A stretch of 64,000 bases of DNA from Chrysemys picta bellii (Eukaryota), in assembly GCF_011386835.1 (NCBI RefSeq), contig NC_088794.1, positions 34,658,001-34,722,000 of the forward strand. Direction: 5' to 3'. This document shows positions 24,921 through 39,100 of this stretch, piece by piece. The notes under the pieces are model-generated. The model did not search any database, was not told the DNA's origin, and saw only the letters and a program-made list of their open reading frames with translations. Position numbers and translations under genes: made by a program. The stretch's first letter is position 1. The number at the start of each line of letters is the position of its first letter.

Positions 24921-25208
24921 GGGTACGTCTACCCGTATCGGCGGGTAGCAATCGATTTATCCGGGATCGATATATCGCGTCTCGTTAAGATGCGATATAT
25001 CGATCCCCGAACTCGCTCACCCTTGACTCCGGAACTCCACCAGAGCGAGCGTCGGTAGTGCAGTCGACGGGGGAGCCACGGCCGTCAATCCCACGCCGTG
25101 TGGACCCCAGGTAATTCGATCCAAGATACTTCGACTTCGGCTACGCTATTTGCGTAGCTGAAGTTGCGTATCTTGGATCGATCCCCTCCCCCCCGTGTAG
25201 ACCAGCCC
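24921..25208. mobile_element. PIF/Harbinger-type MITE with internal hairpin
   Basis: Termini GGGTACGTCTAC / GTAGACCAGCCC; 3-bp TSD CAT (24918-24920, 25209-25211); homologous to 48565-48876. Confidence 0.85.
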
Positions 25209-25906
25209 CATATCATACTCTTGCCTGAAGCCCTTTGTATTGTTGTTCCTCTGCCAGCAACAGGATGTGCCTTGGCCCAGCAATTAGGCCCTCCATTTGC
25301 AGCTCTGAGGGTTCCTGCTCTTCTGACTTTTTCTACAGACAGTTCACAGGCTACAGCCTTTTGCCTATTTCTTCTGTTCACACAGCCTCTGGCTCCCTCT
25401 GGAGCCTGGTCCTCTCTGACCTCAGGTTGCACTTTCCTGTAATCTGGAGTTTATGGAGCATTCTGGATGTTGAACTGGAGATTAACAGTGCCCAGTAAGA
25501 AGTCAACAACAGGTGCATTACATTAAGTCATCTGAACTTTTAACAAGCCCTCATAGTTTGTAATGTCCACAGATATACTGCACAGAGTTTGAGAAGTCTA
25601 GAGGCCAGTCCACTCGTTTCTTAATTAACTGTAGGTGGCCAACATACGTTAGAGACACCTTCAAATGACTGCTCCAAAAATTGAACTACCACCAATACAG
25701 AAACACCTGTATAACACATCTGTACAAGAGCCCCCACTCAAGATCTTCATTACAAATTGTAGTGACTGTCTCTGCCTCAACAGCAGAGGCTAACAGCGGG
25801 AGTTTGCCTGGGAGTTCGCGTGGGGAGAGCGCACCGAGGCTTTCATCTGCAGGTTTCTCTGAGTAGTTCCTGCAACAGTTGAGGAAGCTCTTAAGAGGAC
25901 GGTGAT

Positions 25907-26914
25907 ATGGAAGGTGTGCCATCAGCTGTTGTAACCTGCACAGGTTGTGCCATGTTTGTCTTTCTTCCACAGGACAGAAGCAACTTTGTCTGTACAAAGT
26001 GCAAGCTGGTCTCCATATTGGAAGAGAAGGTTCGAGGGCTGGAGAAACGAGTATCGACTCTGAGTTGCATAAGGGAAAATGAAGATTTCCTGGACAGACG
26101 TCAGGAGATGCTTCTACGGCCGCAATGTTCTGAAGATTCAGAGCAGGCGCAGCAGGGACAGAAGGATTGTGAGGAGGTTTGGCAGCATGTGACCTCCAGA
26201 AGGAGAAAGAGGAGCGTCCATGCACCAGCAATGGAAATACAGGTGAGCAATCGTTTCCAGGTTCTCTCTACAGGTACTAATGCGGAGAGTGGACTAGATG
26301 ACCCATCTGAGGGAAGGGAGCAGAAGGCGACTCCACCGATTGGAAGGCAAAAGATGCACTGTCCTAGGGATGGGGGTTCCACGACCACCACTCCCAAGAG
26401 GAGGAGGAGGGTGGTGGTGGTCGGGGACTCCCTCCTCAGGGGGACTGAGTCATCTATCTGCCGCCCCGACTGGGAAAACCGAGAGGTCTGCTGCTTGCCA
26501 GGAGCTAGGATACATGATGTGACTGAGAGACTGCCGAGACTCATCAAGCCCTCGGATCGCTACCCCTTCCTGCTTCTCCACGTGGGCACCAATGATACTG
26601 CCAAGAATGACCTTGAGCAGATCACTGCAGACTACGTGGCTCTGGGAAGAAGGATAAAGGAGTTTGAGGCGCAAGTGGTGTTCTCGTCCATCCTCCCTGT
26701 GCAAGGAAAAGGCCGGGGTAGAGACCGTCGAATCGTGGAAGTCAACGAATGGCTACGCAGGTGGTGTCGGAGAGAAGGCTTTGGATTCTTCGACCATGGG
26801 ATGGTGTTCCAAGAAGAAGGAGTGCTAGGCAGAGACGGGCTCCACCTAACTAAGAGAGGGAAGGGCATCTTCGCCAGCAGGCTGGCTAACCTAGTGAGGA
26901 GGGCTTTAAACTAG
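25907..26914 (+). CDS. CR1 ORF1p: zinc-finger (CTGC...CTKC), coiled coil, SGNH/GDSL esterase domain
   Basis: Open 335-aa frame with [20 protein letters not shown] and RDGLHL blocks. Confidence 0.92.
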   Translation: MEGVPSAVVTCTGCAMFVFLPQDRSNFVCTKCKLVSILEEKVRGLEKRVSTLSCIRENEDFLDRRQEMLLRPQCSEDSEQAQQGQKDCEEVWQHVTSRRRKRSVHAPAMEIQVSNRFQVLSTGTNAESGLDDPSEGREQKATPPIGRQKMHCPRDGGSTTTTPKRRRRVVVVGDSLLRGTESSICRPDWENREVCCLPGARIHDVTERLPRLIKPSDRYPFLLLHVGTNDTAKNDLEQITADYVALGRRIKEFEAQVVFSSILPVQGKGRGRDRRIVEVNEWLRRWCRREGFGFFDHGMVFQEEGVLGRDGLHLTKRGKGIFASRLANLVRRALN

Positions 26915-26958
26915 GTTCACCGGGGGAAGGAGACCAAAGCCCTGAGGTAAGTGGGGAA

Positions 26959-29813
26959 ATGGGATCCTGGGAGGAAGCACAAGCAGGAGAGTGCAAGAGG
27001 GGAGGACTCCTGTCTCATGCTGAGAAAGAGGGGCGATCGATGAGTTATCTTAAGTGCCTATACACAAATGCAAGAAGCCTGGGAAACAAGCAGGGAGAAC
27101 TGGAAGTCCTGGCACAGTCAGGGAACTATGATGTGATTGGAGTAACAGAGACTTGGTGGGATAACTCACATGACTGGAGTACTGTCATGGATGGATATAA
27201 ACTGTTCAGGAAGGACAGGCAGGGCAGAAAAGGTGGGGGAGTTGCGTTGTATGTAAGAGAGGAGTATGACTGCTCAGAGCTCCAGTATGAAACTGCAGAA
27301 AAACCTGAGAGTGTCTGGATAAAGTTGAGAAGTGTGAGCAACAAGGGTGATGTCGTGGTTGGAGTCTGCTATAGACCACCAGACCAGGGGGATGAGGTGG
27401 ACGAGGCTTTCTTCTGGCAACTAGCAGAAGTTGCTAGATCGCAGGCCCTGGTTCTCATGGGAGACTTTAATCACCCTGATATCTGCTGGGAGAGCAATAC
27501 AGCAGTGCACAGGCAATCCAGGAAATTTTTGGATAGTGTAGGGGACAATTTCCTGGTGCAAGTGCTGGAGGAACCAACTAGGGGCAAAGCTTTTCTTGAC
27601 CTGCTACTCACAAACAGAGAAGAACTAGTAGGGGAAGCAAAAGTGGATGGGAACCTGGGAGGCAGTGACCATGAGATGGTCGAGTTCAGGATCCTGACAC
27701 AAGGAAGAAAGGAGAGCAGCAGAATACGGACCCTGGACTTCAGAAAAGCAGACTTTGACTCCCTCAGGGAACAGATGGGCAGGATCCCCTGGGAGAATAA
27801 CATGAAGGGCAAAGGGGTCCAGGAGAGCTGGCTGTATTTTAAAGAATCCTTATTGAGGTTGCAGGAACAAACCATCCCGATGTGTAGAAAGAATAGTAAA
27901 TATGGCAGGCGACCAGCCCGGCTAAACAGTGAAATCCTTGCTGATCTTAAACGCAAAAAAGAAGCTTACAAGAAGTGGAAGATTGGACAAATGACCAGGG
28001 AGGAGTATAAAAATATTGCTCAGGCGTGCAGGAGTGAAATCAGGAAGGCCAAATCACACTTGGAGTTGCAGTTAGCTGTTAGTTAGATGTTAAGAGTAAC
28101 AAGAAGGGTTTCTTCAGGTATGTTAGCAACAAGAAGAAAATCAAGGAAAGTGTGGGCCCCTTACTGAATGAGGGAGGCAACCTAGTGACCGAGGATGTGG
28201 AAAAAGCTAATGTACTCAATTATTTTTTTGCCTCTGTCTTCACGAACAAGGTCAGCTCCCAGACTGCTGCACTGGGCAGTACAGCATGGGGAGAAGGTGA
28301 CCAACCCTCTGTGGAGAAAGAAGTGGTTCGGGACTATTTAGAAAAACTGGACGTGCACAAGTCCATGGGGCCGGATGCGCTGCATCCGAGGGTGCTAAAG
28401 GAGTTGGCGGGTGAGATTGCAGAGCCATTAGCCATTATTTTTGAAAACTCATGGCGATCGGGGGAGGTCCCAGATGACTGGAAAAAGGCTAATGTAGTGC
28501 CCGTCTTTAAAAAAGGGAAGAAGGAGGATCCGGGGAACTACAGGCCAGTCAGCCTCACCTCAGTCCCTGGAAAAATCATGGAGCAGGTCCTCAAGGAATC
28601 AATTATGAAACATTTAGAGGAGAGGAAAGTGATCAGGAACAGTCAGCATGGATTCATGAAGGGGAAGTCGTGCCTGACTAACCTAATTGCCTTCTATGAT
28701 GAGATAACTGGCTCTGTGGATGAGGGGAAAGCAGTGGATGTGTTATTCCTTGACTTTAGCAAAGCTTTTGATACGGTCTCCCACAGTATTCTTGCCGCCA
28801 AGTTAAAGAAGTATGGGCTGGATGAATGGACTGTAAGGTGGATAGAAAGCTGGCTAGATCGTCGGGCTCAACGGGTAGTGATCAATGGCTCCATGTCTAG
28901 TTGGCAGCCGGTTTCAAGCGGAGTGCCCCAAGGGTCGGTCCTGGGGCCGGTTTTGTTTAATATCTTTATTAATGATCTGGAGGATGGTGTGGACTGCACT
29001 CTCAGCAAGTTTGCAGATGACACTAAACTAGGAGGCGTGGTAGATACACTAGAGGGTAGGGATCGGATACAGAGGGACCTAGACAAATTAGAAGATTGGG
29101 CCGAAAAAAACCTGATGAGGTTCAACAAGGACAAGTGCAGAGTCCTGCACTTAGGACGGAAGAATCCCATGCACTGCTACAGACTAGGGACCGAATGGCT
29201 AGGTAGCAGTTCTGCAGAAAAGGACCTAGGGGTCACAGTGGACGAGAAGCTGGATATGAGTCAACAGTGTGCTCTTGTTGCCAAGAAGGCTAACGGCATT
29301 TTGGGCTGTATAAGTAGGGGCATTGCCAGCAGATCGAGGAACGTGATCGTTCCCCTTTATTCGACATTGGTGAGGCCTCATCTGGAATACTGTGTCCAGT
29401 TTTGGGCCCCACACTACAAGAAGGATGTGGAAAAATTGGAAAGAGTCCAGCGGAGGGCAACAAAAATGATTAGGGGTCTGGAGCACATGACTTATGAGGA
29501 GAGGCTGAGGGAACTGGGATTGTTTAGTCTCCAGAAGAGAAGAATGAGGGGGGATTTGATAGCAGCCTTCAACTACCTGAAGGGGGGTTCCAAAGAGGAT
29601 GGAGCTCGGCTGTTCTCAGTGGTGGCAGACGACAGAACAAGGAGCAATGGTCTCAAGTTGCAGTGGGGGAGGTCCAGGTTGGATATCAGGAAAAACTATT
29701 TCACTAGGAGGGTGGTGAAACACTGGAATGCGTTACCTAGGGAGGTGGTGGAGTCTCCTTCCTTGGAGGTTTTTAAGGCCCGGCTTGACAAAGCCCTGGC
29801 TGGGATGATTTAG
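26959..29813 (+). pseudogene. CR1 ORF2 (APE endonuclease plus reverse transcriptase), one frameshift at about 28070-28086
   Basis: [25 protein letters not shown] (APE); [35 protein letters not shown] (RT). The 375-aa and 553-aa ORFs differ by +2 frame. Confidence 0.95.
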
Positions 29814-32589
29814 CTGGGAATTGGTCCTGCTTTGAGCAGGGGGTTGGACTAGATGACCTCTTGAGGTCCCTTCCAACTCTGATATTCTATGATTCTATGA
29901 AATCACTGCATGTCAAGTTAAAACTTCAAGAAGAAAGCTAAGGAAATTCACATACAGAAAACTAAGTTAAAAGAGAACTAAGGTTGCAAAGAAATCAGTT
30001 GCTCTGAAAAACATGCTTTTACAACACCGTAGTTATAAAAGTGTTTTTGATTGCTAGAAAATTTTAAGTTAAAAGATTTAGGAAAAAAACATTCAAGTCT
30101 GGGAGTCAGAGTTTTATTTCTTCACAAAATCTTAACCCTTCCTCCTCTCCTTTCTTTTTTAAACATATGCCCACCATACCTCTCCAACATATTTGATGTC
30201 CACATACTTCAACAACATCCGATGCTGAACATACTGATGCTGAAACTATGCTTTCATTATATAAAGAGACACTTACCTATGGTCTTAGATTACACGGTAT
30301 TAGATGTTATATGAGCGGCTACTCCCCAGATCCGCCTCTAACTCATCCCCCTTTATTAGCGGACTACACTAACAGCTTATCTTTTACACAGTGTGTCTGC
30401 ACCGTCTTTGATTTATGCTTAATGAAGAGGCCACAGGGTTTTGTTTTTTTAAACCACATACTGAACAATCCCCTAACTACTAATCCAGTATAAATCACAA
30501 TGTCAAGCCTAACCTCTCTATAATTGTTACAAGAACTACTTGAATCATCATCAAACTCCTGACGTGAACCTATACTGAATGAGCACATAAAGGAGCTCCA
30601 CCCTAAAGCCAATGATGGCCCACTGATCAGAATGTATCATTCTCCAAAACATACTGGATGGGTCAGACTTATCTGTATCACAGAGAAGTTAGAGAGAAAA
30701 ATCAGATTGTGAAAAGTAACCATAGTTGTGTGTGTAACAGACGGCATACACTGTGGTGGGGGCACAGTTTCTAGACTTTCAAGTCTTTGTTTTTTTGAAA
30801 GTTTTTTTACATACATTTATAACTGTAATGGACATTTCCCAGTAGAGTACAATAATTTTAGACTTCGTGTAGTTCAGAATCTTCGTACAGAACTCATGTG
30901 CAAGAAAAAGTGTTTACATACAAAGCCGAATAAGGAGACTTGCATTTCATTACTTATCTACAGACTCCATCCAGAAAAAAAAAATTCTGTAGCAGTAACA
31001 AGTCCTGACTTGGATCAAACGAAATCTAGGTAGGTTCTGTGTAACCTGAGACATAATAATGTGTGTTTGAACTTTTTGACTCACCCTCCCTGTAATATTC
31101 CAATAGGTTCTGAACACAATAAATGAATGACAAAGATAGCTTTTCTTCTTCAGAAGGCAAATATCAAAGAGAAAAGACTTTGTTTGTAGTGAAGGGAACA
31201 AGGGAGTGTGAATGAAAGTGGTCTTGCACCCATGAAAAGGAAATTCAGTTTCTATTGCAGCAGCCAAGGACGCAGGCAAGGGCTGTAACACACTTGGGAC
31301 CATATTCTGATATGATTGCATCTCCCAATGACTTCAGTGAGAGTTTTATCCCCTTGTTCAAGGGTATAATTTGGACTAAATGATTAAATATCAACTTCAC
31401 TATGCAAATAGACCCCGGTTCAGTAAGGGACTTGAGTACATGTTGAATGCTTAATTATTTTGTTGAATTGATGCCTTAAATGAGTATCCACAACATGAAC
31501 CCTATATAACCATCCAATCACATCCAAAAGGCAGGGGTGTATTTTGGGTCCTCCACAAAAGAATGAAGAGCACTGCACTGCACAACCACTGCAAACATCA
31601 CAGAGGCCCACTTCTGCACCTTTCCTTTTCCCACTGCTTATTTTAATCAAATTAAAGGAAGTTCTGAGTCCCACAATCCTAGTTATAATTTTATAGCACT
31701 TTGTAAAGATGTTAGCAAAGCTCTGGTGAGCAGAGGAAAATCTGCCATAAGCCAAAACAGTTGTAAGGCTTCTAGTTCTAAAAATATTTCCATGACCTAT
31801 TAAGGTCAAATAACCTTGTGCTTGAAACTCCTGATTTCTTATGTTGAATTTCACAAATTACTACTCTTACTGCATAAAAAAAAAAGTTTGGAAGAACTTT
31901 AGAAGAGCATTAGGAGATAAGCATGTACTAGGAAATACTGCACTGCTACTGTGATAGACCTAATACCTACCCAAAATAATTCTAACTCATCTTGAAGAAA
32001 TGTATACCCTAAAAAATAACAGTGCATAGATAGCATCATTATATTTTTAGTAATCCAGGAAGGATTAGTAGCCTGCAATCAAGCAGAGAAGGAGATCAGA
32101 GAGGGCGATTAGAGAAGAGGAAGGAGGAGGAGGAGAGGGATATCAGGGAAGGATAAAACAGAGATTTAAAATTATAACACTGTTACGGACATAAGCATAA
32201 ATTAAGGAAAGATGAACTGGTTAAGGATTGACAAAAAAGATTAGGAATGTTAAGAAATGGAACATAATTAAAATGCTAATGACTAATGTTATCACTAAAG
32301 TAAAAAGATTGCTAAGGAACAATTTAGGTCTCCAAATACATTTAAAAGGTATAAAAACAACACAACTTCTCTCTCTTTTGGGTAGGGTTCAAGTGACACT
32401 TTCTACTTCCTTGTCACACTGGCTGAGATTTGTGAGGACAGGAGGAGTGAAATATCTTTGTCATTATTCTTATTGTAAGAGTGGATGAACAGGTTGTGTG
32501 CTTGGGCTGGTAGAAGGTTATGATGATTTTACAAGGAATGCATGTTGAGGGCACATATCGCTAGTCAGGTAGGAGACATCATCAAGACT

Positions 32590-32730
32590 CTGAAGTTCTA
32601 TTGATGGTCACTGACTCCCTTTGTGACCTTAGACAAGTCATTTGCACTACACCTGGGTTCCCCCATTTGTAAAATGGTGATAATTCTGAGCCACATTTGT
32701 AAAGAACTTTGGGATTTATATAAAGTATTA
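32590..32730 (+). repeat. Ancient MIR/CORE-SINE-like remnant
   Basis: TGTGACCTTAGACAAGTCATTT...CCCCATTTGTAAAATGGTGATAAT...TTTGTAAAGAACTTTG. Confidence 0.5.
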
Positions 32731-35067
32731 CGCAACCTTCCTAACATAACCTTGCAAAATCTTCTTAGTTCAAACCTTTTATTCCAATTTATTTTGTGCA
32801 GAAACTGAAATTTTACCATGTAGGGAAACTATCAATGGTTTGGTAGTGATCCTTGCATGATTTAAATCAGATTTTATCCCACACTTCCAGAAGTGCAAGA
32901 CAAAATAACTTAATGCTCCTTGCAGTTTGCAAATATCATGCTTCTACTTGTTAAAAAAAATACTTTGTTACCTACAAAATATTTGCAGCTGAGAATTTTT
33001 TGAAAAGAATATTCCACAGTATTAAGTATATTCCTTAGTTCATTACTATATATGTCTTTGTATCCATAATGCCTTGGTATCTTGTCATGTTATCAGTTAC
33101 CTCCTTGAAATTCAAAAAAAATTCAAATGTAAAACAAGATGTTGGACAGCACTAAAGTCAAGACACACAGCTTAATGAATGCCAATATCGCCAGGTCTCT
33201 TCAGAAAGCATTAAAGGAACTGACAGTAAGAAGAAGAATTTGGATGACTTCTTGGACGACTTTAAGTTTTGCCTTTCTTATTAAGGATATATTAAAACAT
33301 TTCACTATTTGAAGTCAAATGTAGCCAGCTATCGAACCACAGTAATTATTTTTGTATTTTTTCAAACTTATAAAATTAAAGTTATAATAAAATGTTAACA
33401 TACAACACCAGACAGGACTTATTACTTATTCAGAATAAAGTTAATATTCAAAAAACCTAGCTAAAGGTTGTGACTTGCTGGCTGGAAAGCTGTCTCCCTC
33501 TGAGTCTGATAAAAAGGGTAACCAAATTTCTAAATACCTATTGCCCCTGTTGGCACTTCTTTTGTGTAGGTACTCGGTGTGAAAACTTTTTCATTAGAAG
33601 GCCAGTCCATATTTTACTATACCACAATTCCATAGTAGAAGTCACATTCTTCCATTAATATGCAATACAAAGTCTTGCCACTAACAATGAAAAGGATATT
33701 AATGTGTTGTTCTGTTTAAAATGTAGATCCTTTACTGGCGCCAGTGCTGCTGCCGCACCACCTTGGCTTGAAGTAGTAGTAGTAATAAACACCAAATACA
33801 TGATTTCCATCATTAGCCTCCCCCCTCCCCATAAAAATTGTTCAAGCAATCCTGACTAGAGCATTAAGTAAGCAGGTTAGGGGACTTCTAGGAAGCTGGC
33901 ATTTTATTAGAGAGATGAATATCTTTAATAATTTCCTCCCTAAACCATTTAATGCCCAGACACACCTACCACATGTACAAATATGTTCCCACTTCTCTGC
34001 AACTCTTCCAACAGTGCACCTCCCTCATAGCAAAATACAATGGATTTTAAGTGGAGTCAAATGCCATCAATACAGTAATTTATAAAAAATATTGTTATGA
34101 GCTACACAAATTTAAGATGTATGTCCCCTTTCCCATATCACAGTAATTATTTTTAGGTTTACATTTTAAATGCAGAATCTCTCAATACAATTGAAAACAA
34201 AATCAGCATAGACCTGTTGACTCTCAATTCTTCTTTGTGTACTAATCTAGGTTTGAGGCTTTCGAAGGCACTATTATATACCTGTAAAATGCCAGACAAA
34301 TTTACAAATCAATTAAGGTGTTTGGCGCACTAGTTGTGAAGTTTTCCAGTTTGTTTTTGATTAATCGTTAGAAATAAGTGGTTTGCAATGGCAAACATGG
34401 AACCTCTCAAATGAACCATTAAGAACCTTTCAGTTGCTGACCAAGTCATTCTAGTTGGAAACCTGCAATCTGGTTTAGCACCTCTTTTGGGATGCACACT
34501 GAGTTTCAACCACTTTGATTTTTTTAAACAATGAGCAATATCTATAGAGGGAAATCAAATTCCCAGCACGTGCCCCAGATGAAGCAAGATAGAACTGAAT
34601 GTCTAAAGTGAAGCTCCAGAATCTCAAAGTGGCCCAACAGATATTCATTAAAAATTAAATGTCAAACTCCATTTCAATTCATTTACAGAACACTAAATAC
34701 ACCAAAGGAAGGACTGATGAGTGACATTAATGCACTGATTGCCTCAATGAAACATGTGGGCTAACTGAATGAAGTAATTTGTGGAACACTCATTAGCTTA
34801 GCTAGGTCAAATACAAAGGAGGACCTTGTAACGGAAAAATATGTGGCCTGCTAAATCTGAGATGTCAGTTGGGATAATGGCTGAATTTAAATACGATTTC
34901 AGAGGGCGTGAGGAAATACTTGGTGAATAAATTGTTTCTAGTGACTAAATTGTGTTTAATATTTACTTCTGCTTTGTGATACTTGAGAGCATGACAGTTG
35001 ATCTATTTTAGCTATTTATACAACATAATATAAAGCATTCTTTGACATACCGATACACAATCCAGAC

Positions 35068-36143
35068 TAGTGGGGGGCTGTGTCACCCCTGCCTGCAACC
35101 TTGTGTGCCTTATGGTAGTACTCCCACCTTGGCCGCTCACAAACAGCCTTCCAGCATTCAAGCTGCACCCTGAATGTTGGTGTGTAACTGCATCCTGCCA
35201 GCTACACCCTAGCTGTCACCAGCCTCGGTTATACTTCAGAGTGACCCCAACACACTCCCAGTCCAAGATCTTCCCAAAGAAATGTATGTCCTGTACTGCC
35301 CAGCCCTCTACTGGACAGTACAAATATATTAAGTCTGTTATTCATTTAAGAGACTAATATGCCAGTTTATTATTTTAAATAGAGTACCCAGACTCTCCAA
35401 TTTAAACACACTGCATTAGATAAAACAATAAAACAAGTTTACTAACTACAAAAAGACAGATTTTAAGTGAGTACAAGTAATGAGGCATAAAAGTCAGAAA
35501 TGGTTACAAGAAAAATAAAGATAAAATGTTACTAGTGCCTAACTTAACAAAACTATATTAGTTTCAAACAAAGTTTCTCATCACAAGCTCCAGCAGACTA
35601 CTGATCAAACTCTCAGGCCAGGACCCCGCTTACAGGAGTTCAATTGCTGTTTCCTTTTGTCTTCTCAGCTGTAGAAAGTGACGTGGGCGGCGGGGGGTGG
35701 GTGGGTACCTTGGGGTATTTGTCCCTCCTTTTTATAGTTTCAGTCCCCCTCTTGAAAAACATTTCCAGTGGAGACCCAGGAGACAGAGTGTATGATGAAG
35801 GATATTCCTTATTGATTTCTTTCACCTGTTTGAACTTGATTTGTTTTCCTTCCCTGCTTGATGACTCTGCTTACTGCTTAAATGCAAATCAAGGCAAGCA
35901 CACAATCCTTTGTCTAAGACAAACCTGACTTTGGCCTGGGCAGGGTTGTGGGATTTGGAACACGTGTTGACATCATACAGGGGAATCTTATAACGTCACA
36001 TACAATGTTGTCCCACACATTTTACCAGGACAATATTGACCAGCATATTCTGAGTTTTCAAATGATACTTTAGAAGGCATACTTTGTACAAAGATTATTA
36101 CAATGCAGTTTGGGGTGGGAACAGAGGGGTATAGTCTGATTCA
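35068..36143. mobile_element. Probable diverged solo LTR / non-autonomous LTR element
   Basis: Composition shift with GGGG..TGTGTCACCCC near the start and GGGG...TCACA at the end. No TSD confirmed; boundaries approximate. Confidence 0.4.
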
Positions 36144-39100
36144 CACTCCCTTTCTACAGTGGCGTTAAGACTTAATCAAGACATGTTCCACAGGGGACTC
36201 TGAAAGCCACAAGCAACTTGTCAGAGTTCACACAAAAATATAGTACTTTGCAAACAATCCAATGAATTTAAAGTGATAAAAGATGCAACTTATCAGGGCT
36301 TATATTGTGTATAAAGCAACTCAAACAAAAAGTATTAAACTTGCACCTTTATATGGCTGGACTGTATAGTAAAGACAGTACAAATCCTATTTAAAGGTGT
36401 TTAATATGCATGACAAAGTTCAAGTACTCTTTTACATACACACCATGGCAGAACATCTCACTGCATTTTACCAGACATTTTAGCTGCCCAAGGCTACTGC
36501 TGATTCTAAGATGGCCATGTTGCATACTCGGCTTGATCTTTGTTGAAACTCCGTTCTGATTTAGCCATTATTTGGAAAACTGCACCACTTTGCGAAAAAA
36601 GGACCATAGCAATTTTTTGCAATGACAGCAACATAAAAACAAAGTGGCAAACGTGACATGGGATTTATAATAGACTGACTTGAAACCAGCATGCATGCTG
36701 TTCTGAAGTGCTAATGGCTAAAAATGCAAAGGTTTTGAAATTGAAATATTTATAGACCAAACATCAGTCTCCCACCATTTCTCCAGTTATGAGAGCTTAG
36801 GGAAGAAAAACTGTCAAGCAGAGCCAGCTCAGGGACAGAGACTCACCGGGCAGGAGCTAGCATAGAAACAGCTATAGCCACAGATCTTTGGACACAGATG
36901 ATAGCCTGCTTTCTACTTTCTTTCCCCTCTACCAATTGGCTACTTGATCCAATCCTGTCTACCCCCTCACTCGGTCTAACAAACGTCTACTAACCTCCAA
37001 GTTCTGTGTTTCTCTTCCAAGTCCTCCTCTCCCAGCAAATCCCAGCCCCCCAAAATTAAAACTAAAGCAAAAAACATGGAAATAATATTTGCAAATCACA
37101 TTGTTCCCTCTGCTTATAGGTTAAATCCACATACACACAATTTGTCCCTCTTGTCTATTTAGATTGAAAGTTCTTTGGGGGTAAGGACTGCCTATTATTC
37201 AGATATACAATGATTTGCACAATGGGCTTTAATACAAATAAATACAGTCACCCAAACTGAAAAAAATGCCTTTAAATATGATGTGAAACAGTGTTGTCTG
37301 TTGGCCATACATATCCAAACACTTCCAAACTTCTAGAGAAATAACTACTTAGACATTCCACATAAGTTCACTAGTTTTAGCTACTGCTGCACAACTTGTA
37401 GTATTTGTGGAGGTGTGTTTCCAATTGTTCGCTTGAAGAAATCTTGTTCTTTTTAAAAGTTGTGCTAGGATGTGCAGCAGGAGAATGCTTATTTGAGACA
37501 TCTCAGGAGGCAAAGATTTTCACTTTGAATGGGTCAGACAAGTGGCACAGAGGTTAGCAAGGTTCTAAAAAGAACAGCAATCTTTTAACCTGAATCTAAG
37601 AAAACCCAGGGCAAATGCCTTATGAATTCACTGTTTCACAAAGCAAAAAAATCATGGGGGCAAAAAAATTATTGAAGGCAAGTTCTAATTCCTTCACAAT
37701 GCTGTTTGAATAGCCAATGCCACTGAAGGCCATCCACGTGCATAGGACTGACTTATTCTAATTACATCTTCCTTGTCACCTGCAGCTCCTCTTTCACACT
37801 GAAGCGAGGTTGCTCTCATGAGGTTGTATTAAATTAACGTAATTAAGAACCAGTTTTTCCTAAACTATCAGCAATCACCCCTGGCTTGTGCCTTCACTTA
37901 TTTGTTTTACATGACGTGCTTAAGCACATTCCTCCCTTACAGATGTTCTAACAGAATGGGAATTCTTCTCCAGGGGTAGAATGTGAATGTTCTGCCCAGG
38001 TACAGCAAAGTAGGAGCATTCCTCAGAAGACACAGAAGTCCTCAGCACAAGGAAGAAACCTAGAATACTTTCCCCTTGTTTCAGACTTCACTGAAGAAAA
38101 TGGAGTAAGGAACCATTGTGGCCTGAAATCAGCACGAGGGAACTTCACATTAAGTTGTGGAGTGACCAAAAGAGCGATTAATCAACCCTCTACTGTAGAC
38201 TCCACAGCACTAAGTGGGCCAATGTAGAGTGATTTGAGAGACTTGCTCTGGGGCAAGAATCTGCAAAAGACTCACTAGCCAATAACTCATTTTTGGCTGT
38301 CTCTGAAGGACTTCCTAGAGTCAGTTGCAGAATCACTGGAAGCTCTCATCCCATTTTTGTCCTGTTATCTTCAAGTCAGGTTTCTTCTTTGTCCTGTTAT
38401 CTTAAGTCAGGTGACAATAAAAATAAAGTACCACAATTCATTGTCAACCTTATGTAGAACATCTTTTATTGACTGAATTAAGCTTACATCTCACACTGAA
38501 TTGTGAGTATTTAAAATTTTATATCTCCTTCATAAAAAGTTTCCCAACATTTCAATTAGTTATTTTGACATGGCTCTGATTACAAAATGCCACCTGCTCC
38601 TGGTTACGTGTCATGGGAGAGAGGGGTTGCAAGGCATCTTAATCATTAGCTCTGAAAGGCTGAGAAACTCTACTATAGAATTTAATAGAGAATTAAATCC
38701 CTTCTATAGAAAAACAGCATAGGATGGCTCAAGAGACAGACAGAAACAATAAATCCCCAGTAAATTCTGTAGGTTTTTAAAATAGTTTCTGTTTAACCCT
38801 ATTTCTTCCCTATTTAATTCTATAGAACATCTCCATAAGAATGATCCTTTGCCATGAACAAAAAGGAGAGCCTTACTTAGGAACTTTCCAAACTCAATTT
38901 CTTATTCGGGGGGTGGGGAGGGAGGGAGAAAACTCACACACCAGGGAAGAGCCCCTTGGGTCTCTTCTCTTGGGAGGAGCTGCTGTGAAAAGCTGCCCAT
39001 TTGATTCTCTTCTTCAGAAAGAAGACCAAGGGGAGGTTTGGGCTTGGGAAGAGCTGGGCTTGATGAATCTGACTCTTCTTCCTTTCACGAGGGTATGAAG

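Larger units (their letters stand above)
25781..29899 (+). mobile_element. Essentially full-length CR1 LINE (PsCR1-like)
   Basis: 5' UTR, intact ORF1, ORF2 (APE plus RT) with one frameshift, 3' hairpin GACCTC-TT-GAGGTC, and (ATTCTATG)2 tail at 29884-29899. 5' boundary approximate; no TSD seen. Confidence 0.97.

Noticed and set aside
25907-26914. SGNH esterase ORF as a host gene
   Set aside because: It is CR1 ORF1, directly followed by CR1 ORF2 and the 3' tail.
30519-30603. Possible minus-strand exon (GWSSFMCSFSIGSRQEFDDDSSSS...)
   Set aside because: Weak donor (GTTAGG) and an unrecognised peptide.
31420-31854. 144-aa minus-strand ORF
   Set aside because: No domain signature; compatible with chance in a six-frame scan.
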